The position numbers were made by a program, and so were the translations under genes. From Paramicrosporidium saccamoebae KSL3 (Eukaryota; Fungi; Cryptomycota), in NCBI GenBank assembly GCA_002794465.1, contig MTSL01000036.1:1-5935 (forward strand): 5,935 bases of DNA. Direction: 5' to 3'. The notes beneath the pieces are model-generated. The model was not told the DNA's origin, made no database searches, and saw only the letters and a program-made list of their open reading frames with translations. Shown here piece by piece: positions 1 through 5,188 of the stretch. Position 1 is the stretch's first letter, and each line of letters starts with the position of its first letter.

Positions 1-438
1 TTCTATCGACGCAAAGCGACAGCCATTAAGCGAGCCACACAGATTCTCAAAACGTCTTACGATAGCGATATACCTGATTCTCTTGAAGAATTGCAGAAGC
101 TACCCGGTGTAGGCCCCAAGATGGCCTGTCTCGTAATGCAAAACGCATGGGGTCGTAACGCAGGCATTGGGGTGGATGTTCACGTTCACCGAATTTGCAA
201 CCGTCTGGGCTGGGTCAAAACCAAGACACCAGAGGAGACGCGCACTGACCTTGAAGACTGGCTTCCACGGGAATTGTGGACTGATATCAATCCGCTTCTT
301 GTAGGATTTGGACAGACAGTCTGTCTTCCAGTCAAGCCCAAATGCTCCGATTGCCTGCTGAACAGTACATGTCCGGCAGCGAAATCCTTCTTACCACAAA
401 CCGCCAAGAGGAAAGGGGAGCCCCTTGAACAAGCATAG
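1..438 (+). CDS. NTH1: Endonuclease III-like DNA glycosylase/AP lyase (NTH1/NTHL1 family), 5'-partial
   Basis: Frame +1 is open from base 1 ([42 protein letters not shown]...), so the track start at 91 is an internal TTG and not the true start. It contains the HhH motif LPGVGPKMA with the catalytic Lys, [11 protein letters not shown] with the catalytic Asp, and the 4Fe-4S motif C-x6-C-x2-C-x5-C ([17 protein letters not shown]). Stop TAG at 436-438. Confidence 0.96.
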   Translation, partial: FYRRKATAIKRATQILKTSYDSDIPDSLEELQKLPGVGPKMACLVMQNAWGRNAGIGVDVHVHRICNRLGWVKTKTPEETRTDLEDWLPRELWTDINPLLVGFGQTVCLPVKPKCSDCLLNSTCPAAKSFLPQTAKRKGEPLEQA

Positions 439-473
439 CCACCCTAATATTGTGAGGTAGTGGAATGGTTAGC

Positions 474-536
474 TGGGTGTTGAGTGCTGAGTGCCGAGTG
501 TTGAGTGCTGAGTGCTGAATGTTGAGTGCCGAGTAT
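474..536. repeat. Degenerate 7-bp tandem array, consensus TGAGTGC, 9 units
   Basis: Units read directly: tgggtgt tgagtgc tgagtgc cgagtgt tgagtgc tgagtgc tgaatgt tgagtgc cgagtat. Confidence 0.92.
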
Positions 537-703
537 TTGGCCCAATATGAAAAGGAGGGTCAGAGCTTCCAATGGTTGGAGATACTGGCCCTTCCATGTT
601 TGGACGCATGCTGGTAAATCCATACCAGTGGATAATGAACAGTTTCCTGTTACCCATTTATATTATTGACACTGTGATAACACTTCCACCACACAACAAT
701 GTA

Positions 704-722
704 ATTGGCTCTGCTATAAATA
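704..722 (+). promoter_or_regulatory. Putative core promoter of the CYSTM gene: inverted CCAAT box plus TATA box
   Basis: ATTGG at 704-708 and TATAAATA at 715-722, about 45-60 nt upstream of the ATG at 767. This is a motif match only. Confidence 0.5.
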
Positions 723-766
723 GCTTGAATAGATATATTTATGTGATATTTACAGTGGCGGAGCAA

Positions 767-1167
767 ATGAGTCGCGCATTCATGGGTGGCTCGAACCTCC
801 CTCCGCCTTATCCTGGAGCCTATGGCTCATCATCCGTACTTTTGTAGCATGATTTTCTCACATCCCAGTTCCCCATGGCTCACACTGAACAACCGGTGAA
901 ATATTATGACGCTCAAGGCAACCCCGTCTCAGTGGTGTACATGGCCTCTCCTGGTGCCTACGCCGCTGGTCAGCCTGTATACATGTACCCTCAGGGAGCT
1001 ATGCCTCCTCCGCCAGTGGCACAGCCGAACAGCTGTGGCGGTAACAACCCACCCAGCAATCAACGCACAGAAGGATGTCTGGCCGGGTATTGCATGCACA
1101 AGCTCTTTAACTTTACAGTATATGCGCCGCTGTTTTATGTTGCTGCTGTTTGGACATTTGTACTTGA
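767..1167 (+). CDS. CYSTM-family (cysteine-rich transmembrane module) Pro/Tyr/Gln-rich small protein, 111 aa. Exons 767-835, 869-1086, 1119-1167
   Basis: Removing two GT-AG introns (836-868 and 1087-1118) gives MSRAFMGGSNLPPPYPGAYGSSSFPMAHTEQPVKYYDAQGNPVSVVYMASPGAYAAGQPVYMYPQGAMPPPPVAQPNSCGGNNPPSNQRTEGCLAGICAAVLCCCCLDICT-stop (TGA 1165-1167). The tail GCLAGICAAVLCCCCLDIC matches the CYSTM pattern (GCLAALCCCCxLD-like) and follows a typical low-complexity P/Y/Q/G region. Exon 1 is less certain than exons 2-3, and ATG 782 or 875 are alternative starts. Confidence 0.85.
836..868 (+). other. Spliceosomal intron 1 of the CYSTM gene (33 nt, phase 0)
   Basis: gtacttttgtagcatgattttctcacatcccag. GTA donor, CTCAC branch-like motif, CAG acceptor. 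It contains an in-frame TAG (845-847), and removal fuses two same-frame Pro-rich ORF pieces. Confidence 0.75.
1087..1118 (+). other. Spliceosomal intron 2 of the CYSTM gene (32 nt, phase 2)
   Basis: gtattgcatgcacaagctctttaactttacag. GTA donor, TTAAC branch-like motif, CAG acceptor. Removal restores the CCCC-containing CYSTM tail. Confidence 0.9.
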
Positions 1168-1215
1168 TAATACATTTCACAATTATTCATGCTTGGTGTT
1201 TTTCTGAATGGATCT

Positions 1216-1256
1216 GATTCGCCAATTTCTTGCAACTTGGCTTCAGAGTCGCCAAT
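1216..1256 (+). promoter_or_regulatory. Tandem CCAAT boxes upstream of syntaxin paralog A
   Basis: gattcgccaat (1216-1226) and gagtcgccaat (1246-1256) match at 10 of 11 positions, lie exactly 30 nt apart, and end about 50 nt before ATG 1307. Confidence 0.5.
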
Positions 1257-1306
1257 AGGATTCTTCTAAAGATAATAGTCGTGGGCCCGGCGAAAGAACA
1301 CTTGGC

Positions 1307-2305
1307 ATGGCAGTCGATCGGCTATCAGAGTTGCAACAAGCCGTCAGTCAGTTTCCACAGAATATCCCCAAGCCTCTTGATGATCCTCCAAAGCCTCAGG
1401 TACAAGAAACTGGCAAGAAGAAGGCGAAAAAGCGCAATAAGAAAAACGTTTCCCCAGCTGCGCCTCCGCCCCCTCCACCGGTGCCGAAAGATCAGCTAAA
1501 CATGGAAGCTTTCTTCAAGCAAGTTTCCCAAATCGAGGAGGACCTCCAGAAAATTGAGAGGAATTGTGATGCGGTGGATATGGCACACCAAGTAATCATC
1601 CACTCCGTGTCCGAGGAAGAGATCAAGGAGCAAGAAGCAATCATTGGGAGCTTTATGGACTTGACTAACAAAACTTCGACGAGCGCCAAGGGGCTTTTAA
1701 AGTCGATTGATTCAGAAACTGAGGCTCTTGCGTCTCAAGCGCCTCGAGGATCGGGCGATTTGCGGATGCGGAGAGTGAAGCATGCTGCATTGGTGAAAAA
1801 GTTTTCTACGACAATGAAGAGATTTCAGGAAATTCAACAGCGCGCCTCTTCAAAACACCAGGCACAAATCCAAAGGCAGTACAAAATTAGTACAAATTGT
1901 TTCGAGATACTAATAGATTTAGTGAATCCAACTGCAGATCAGGACGAGCTGGACAATGTTGCCAATACTGTGGGAGCAATGACTCTTACGTCTCAGCAGA
2001 TATTCTCCCTCGGCCAGTCCCGGAATCCGCTAGAGACGCTGGAGAGAATGAAGGAACGACGAAAGGACGTGATGGCCATTGAGAAGGGCATTGTGGTACT
2101 GGCTCGATTTGACTAATTTTGGTAGACTCTCAACCAAATGTTTATTGATCTTAATAATATGATCGAAGAGCAAGGCGCTCTACTTGACAGCCTGGAAGGC
2201 TACCTCGGGGAAACGGTCGAGTACACTGAAGAGGCCGAGAAGACGATGACCGAGGCAGTTGGTACTCAGAGGAACATACGAAAACTTCACTGCAGCGTAG
2301 TGTAG
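1307..2305 (+). CDS. Syntaxin-1/Sso-family Qa-SNARE paralog A, 311 aa, no transmembrane domain, ends in CaaX-like CSVV. Exons 1307-1889, 1923-2095, 2126-2305
   Basis: N-peptide-like MAVDRLSEL, Habc helices (MEAFFKQVSQIEEDL..., GDLRMRRVKHAALVKKF), linker QRQYKI|MNP, and SNARE motif LERMKERRKDVMAIEKGIV|TLNQMFIDLNNMIEEQGALLDSLEGYLGETVEYTEEAEKTMTEAVGTQRNIRKLHCSVV-stop with the zero-layer Gln in EEQG. The last exon (2126-2305) is missing from the ORF track. TAG at 2303-2305 is followed by AATAAA at 2308. Confidence 0.9.
1890..1922 (+). other. Intron 1 of syntaxin A (33 nt, phase 1, in frame, no stop codon)
   Basis: gtacaaattgtttcgagatactaatagatttag. GTA donor, TACTAAT branch site at 1908-1914, TAG acceptor. 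Removal gives QRQYKIMNP, collinear with ERQYKIVNP and ERQYLIVKP in the two paralogs. Confidence 0.85.
2096..2125 (+). other. Intron 2 of syntaxin A (30 nt, phase 0)
   Basis: gtactggctcgatttgactaattttggtag. GACTAAT branch site, in-frame TAA at 2114-2116. Removal gives IEKGIVTLNQMF, collinear with IEKSIKELHQMF and IETSILELHQLF. Confidence 0.92.
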
Positions 2306-2307
2306 GG

Positions 2308-2313
2308 AATAAA
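2308..2313 (+). terminator. Candidate polyadenylation signal (AATAAA) of syntaxin A
   Basis: A canonical hexamer 2 nt after the TAG, followed by a T-rich tract (tcatttttt, 2317-2325). Motif match only. Confidence 0.4.
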
Positions 2314-2323
2314 ATATCATTTT

Positions 2324-2373
2324 TTGATTGGATATTGGCGCGAGCTGTAACTTTACGCAGTTCTGACCAATTG
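2324..2373 (+). promoter_or_regulatory. CCAAT-box cluster upstream of syntaxin B
   Basis: TTGATTGG at 2324-2331, ATTGG at 2334-2338 and ACCAATTG at 2366-2373. Confidence 0.4.
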
Positions 2374-2506
2374 AAACCAAATCTGTGGAGTGTGACGAAT
2401 TAGAATCCAGTTGTCGCTCGCTCTGAGTAGAAGACTGGCGCAGTCATTCTGGACCAGTGATTTATCCCTAGCAGCATAGAGGCCGCTGCTCAACTGACTC
2501 GCAAGT

Positions 2507-3469
2507 ATGGGAGTTGATCTTCTAGGCCAATTCAATCAAGCGACCAAACAGGCTGCGGCCGATGGGACTGCCTATGAGCAGGCCGATCGACTAGAGCGTG
2601 GGGATCCTCCCCCCACTGAAACGAATATAGAGGATGAGGCAATGAACATGAAGCACTTTTACGAGCAATGCGAAGAGATTTCGAGCCATACGAAAAAGGT
2701 AGAAATGTTCACCAGCGAACTCGACAAGCTACACAAGCAGGCACTGACAACCACTGGATCTGAAGCGTCTGCAGACACTTCCTCCAAGATTGACATTATC
2801 ACTGCCAAGGTGAATCAGCTCTCAAACCAGAGTCGAAACACGCTAAAGGCGATTGAGCTTGAAAACTCTCAGCTTAAAGAGATTGCACCACCAGCAAGTG
2901 GACACATGAGGATGCGAGAGTCAAAGCATCGTGCCCTTGCCACTGCCTTTCTGAGTGCAACCAAGAAGCTGCAAAAGCTGCAACAGAACTACCGGGACAA
3001 GTACAAGCAGCAGCTGGAGAGACAATACAAAATTGTCAACCCGAACGCCACTCCCGAAGAAATTGCCCAAGTCACCAAAGACACAGAGGGAGCTCAAGCC
3101 AAGATCTTTGCCTCTGCTGTTAGGGACGACGCCAAAAAGACTTTGTCACAGATGAAAGACCGATTCCAAGATGTCAAAACCATCGAAACGAGCATTTTGG
3201 AACTGCATCAGCTCTTTTTAGACTTGCAAACACTAGTCGTGGAGCAGGGAGACGTCATCAACCGCGTAGAGTACAATGTTGACCACACACTAGACTACAC
3301 TGACGAAGCTGCAGCAGATATGAAGCTGGCGGTTGAATATCAAAAGTCGATTTGGAAGAAGAAGTGGATAATGATTGTTCTTATTATCGTTGGCATCGTT
3401 CTGCTTATCCTCATTTTACTTTGGCTATTGAGGCCATTATTTCAAATTGCGGCCACGCCCCGATACTAG
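2507..3469 (+). CDS. Syntaxin-1/Sso-family Qa-SNARE paralog B, 320 aa, intronless, C-terminal transmembrane anchor
   Basis: A single ORF with N-terminus MGVDLLGQF, Habc region (MKHFYEQCEEI..., GHMRMRESKH), ERQYKIVNPNATPEEI, SNARE motif with LVVEQGDVINRVEYNV, and basic KKK followed by a 22-residue hydrophobic segment WIMIVLIIVGIVLLILILLWLL and a short tail RPLFQIAATPRY. Confidence 0.95.
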   Translation: MGVDLLGQFNQATKQAAADGTAYEQADRLERGDPPPTETNIEDEAMNMKHFYEQCEEISSHTKKVEMFTSELDKLHKQALTTTGSEASADTSSKIDIITAKVNQLSNQSRNTLKAIELENSQLKEIAPPASGHMRMRESKHRALATAFLSATKKLQKLQQNYRDKYKQQLERQYKIVNPNATPEEIAQVTKDTEGAQAKIFASAVRDDAKKTLSQMKDRFQDVKTIETSILELHQLFLDLQTLVVEQGDVINRVEYNVDHTLDYTDEAAADMKLAVEYQKSIWKKKWIMIVLIIVGIVLLILILLWLLRPLFQIAATPRY

Positions 3470-3520
3470 ATTATATAACTATAGATTTCCAAAATACAGC
3501 ATTATTAGCAAATTTGTGGG

Positions 3521-3580
3521 TTGATTGGTTGTACCACTTGAGCCTGATTTGTTCTTTAAAACGTACCAATTGGCCGGCCA
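3521..3580 (+). promoter_or_regulatory. CCAAT-box cluster upstream of syntaxin C
   Basis: TTGATTGG at 3521-3528, the palindrome CCAATTGG at 3566-3573 and the overlapping palindrome TGGCCGGCCA at 3571-3580, ending about 40 nt before ATG 3621. Confidence 0.45.
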
Positions 3581-3620
3581 CATGGCATAGGTTGCATAAC
3601 ACAAACCTCCCTAGTGTTGA

Positions 3621-4617
3621 ATGAAAAACCGACTGGAAGACTTTCACGCCGTAACATTGCCGGCTTGTTCACTAATTTTTCCATAGGCTGCTGCCACAAG
3701 TCCTTACATGTCTGCTACACCACCGCCCATGGTGGAAAGGTCGGCCCATGACGGCGACTTGGAACTGGGCGTCCTCTCTGCTGCCACACCCACAGACCGT
3801 TTTCTCTCCTCAATAGAGGAAGTTCGAGTCCGTCTTGAGAAGATTAACAAGTCTGTTGGTGATATTGAGCACTTGCACCGACAGGCTCTCAATGCTATTA
3901 ATATGGACGAGGCCACCCGTCTAGGCCGCCTCATTGACGAAATGGTAAGCCGCAACAATGCAGACGCGCAGTTTGTCCGACAGACACTAAAAACCCTTAC
4001 GGGAGAGACTGAAAACCTCAAATCGACGGGAGCGGTAACTTCCTCCGACTTGCGGATCCGTATGACACAACAGTCGCGGTATGCTAAAAAGTTTATGGGG
4101 GCAATGAACAAGTTTCAAGGGATGCAGACTACCTACCAAGGAAAGTACCGCCAACAGCTGGAGCGACAATATCTGATTGTAAAGCCCAACGCGTCACGAG
4201 AAGAACTGGATCGGCTAACTCACTCTGCCGACGCCACGGCCATGCTGAATCAACAAGTAAGCACGCTCACCAAACTAACTTTAGATTTTTGCAATGGCTA
4301 ATAAGGCACAAGCACAGAAAACATTGGCCGAGATGAAGGAGCGACATCAAGATATAATAGCTATAGAGAAGAGCATCAAGGAGCTGCATCAAATGTTTGT
4401 CGACATGGCGATCATTGTGGAGCAGCAAGGCGAGCTGATTGACAAGGTGGAAGACTTTGTCACCAACACGGCAGAGTACACAGAGGCAGCTGCGGAGGAG
4501 ATGCGCGGAGCAGTGGTTCGACAGAGGAGCACCCAAAGGAAAAAGTGGATACTGACCATAACCATTATTATTATCTTGGCAGTGGTTGGTATAATTGTTT
4601 GGGCCACCTGGAACTAA
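3621..4617 (+). CDS. Syntaxin-1/Sso-family Qa-SNARE paralog C, 310 aa, C-terminal transmembrane anchor. Exons 3621-3650, 3687-4256, 4285-4617
   Basis: A 10-codon first exon MKNRLEDFHA resembles the syntaxin-1 N-peptide (MKDRxxEL-like). It also has SSDLRIRMTQQSRYAKKF (compare syntaxin-1 DLRIRKTQH...RKF), ERQYLIVKPNAS, the splice junction MLNQQ|IFAMANK, SNARE motif IVEQQGELIDKVEDFV, and RKK plus WILTITIIIILAVVGIIVWATWN-stop. This model joins track ORFs 3708..4301 and 4294..4617. Confidence 0.92.
3651..3686 (+). other. Intron 1 of syntaxin C (36 nt, phase 0)
   Basis: gtaacattgccggcttgttcactaatttttccatag. CACTAAT branch site. The acceptor TAG is itself an in-frame stop. Confidence 0.85.
4257..4284 (+). 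other. Intron 2 of syntaxin C (28 nt, phase 0)
   Basis: gtaagcacgctcaccaaactaactttag. GTAAGC donor, ACTAAC branch site, TAG acceptor. It explains the frame change between the two track ORFs. Confidence 0.95.
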
Positions 4618-4839
4618 TAAAAGATGATATATACCGAATATGCAGTGAAGAGGAGTAAATATGGGCATTGCGAGGTCGTTAGCGTTGGGCCTGCAAAGTA
4701 GTGAAATGACAATGTCTATTTAGAGCATGATCGGATGAAAGAATTTGTCTATAAAGGAGAGTATATTGTATATTACATTATCACGTAAAATATGACTATG
4801 AGAAGCAGACACTAATTAGAACTTGACACTTAGTTCCGA

Positions 4840-4913
4840 GGCCTACTGGCCAAATTGGACAAGGCGCCAGACTACGAATCTGGAGATTGCAGGTTCGACC
4901 CCTGCGTAGGTCA
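4840..4913 (+). tRNA. trnR-ACG: tRNA-Arg, anticodon ACG, intronless, CCA not encoded
   Basis: Cloverleaf folded by hand: acceptor stem GGCCTAC (4840-4846)/GTAGGTC (4906-4912), discriminator A, D arm GCC/GGC with TGG loop, anticodon stem CCAGA/TCTGG with loop CTACGAA (ACG at 4874-4876), T stem GCAGG/CCTGC with loop TTCGACC. Confidence 0.96.
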
Positions 4914-4918
4914 CTCTC

Positions 4919-4923
4919 TTTTT
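4919..4923 (+). terminator. RNA polymerase III terminator (T5)
   Basis: TTTTT begins 5 nt after the tRNA discriminator base. Confidence 0.75.
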
Positions 4924-5061
4924 GGTGGTTTCAAGCTTATTATTGTAAGAGTGAGTACCTATTGACAGTAGATGTCACTCTACGGTAACCGTTAGTAAAG
5001 TGGGATGGCCATTTGGATTGGGACCACTAACAATATAAGCAAGCCTTATTGTGATGGTGTA

Positions 5062-5105
5062 ACTACGGACTACGGACTACGGACTATGGACCACGGACCG
5101 GGGAC
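5062..5105. repeat. 7-bp tandem array, consensus ACTACGG, about 6 units decaying rightwards
   Basis: Units read directly: actacgg actacgg actacgg actatgg accacgg accgggg ac. Confidence 0.9.
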
Positions 5106-5188
5106 AACCAAAGAGTCTCTACCTCTATTCGGGTCTTACAATCACGCTAAATTTTTCACTCAAATTTTAACAAATAATATATAGTCTA

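Noticed and set aside
469-657. Minus-strand 62-aa ORF with STQHST repeats
   Set aside because: The repeat is simply the translation of the 7-bp DNA array. No family motif is present.
572-766. 5' part of track ORF 572..847 as an N-terminal extension of the CYSTM protein
   Set aside because: It runs through AT-rich sequence containing the TATA and CCAAT motifs, and its composition differs from the Pro/Gly/Tyr-rich part that starts at ATG 767.
1400-1457. Donor-like cag|gtacaa inside syntaxin A exon 1
   Set aside because: The following sequence is purine-rich with no CTAAY branch site. Use of the CAG at 1455-1457 shifts the frame into a stop.
2262-2295. Possible third intron in syntaxin A (gtactc...cttcactgcag, 34 nt) that would remove the CaaX end
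   Set aside because: Size and ends fit the local intron style, but the branch motif is weak and the enclosed codons (GTQRNIRK) align with YQKSIWK and RQRSTQR in the paralogs. Splicing would give EAVA-stop, still with no TM. It remains possible as a minor soluble isoform and needs RNA-seq.
2303-2403. Stop readthrough or frameshift restoring a TM helix to syntaxin A
   Set aside because: Readthrough gives GIKYHFLIGYWREL-stop and the other open frame gives NKISFFDWILARAVTLRSSDQ..., neither a 20-residue hydrophobic run. No in-frame TAA or TAG occurs in any exon, so TAR-to-Gln recoding is not indicated.
2507-2524. N-myristoylation of syntaxin B (Met-Gly start)
   Set aside because: MGVDLL lacks the preferred Ser/Thr at position 6 and has Asp at position 4. 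The protein already has a TM anchor.
2505-2525. gtatgg...ttctag as an intron over the syntaxin B start
   Set aside because: At 21 nt it is shorter than all six supported introns and lacks a branch motif, and MGVDLL parallels MAVDRL of paralog A.
4870-5082. Repeat core GACTACG equals the tRNA anticodon-loop sequence at 4870-4876
   Set aside because: A 7-nt match with no other tRNA-derived sequence nearby is readily explained by chance, with no evidence for a tRNA-derived element.
474-5105. CRISPR array, telomeric repeat or mobile element
   Set aside because: The arrays have no spacers and do not match TTAGGG-type units. I saw no transposase or reverse transcriptase ORF, terminal inverted repeats or target-site duplications, and the context is eukaryotic.
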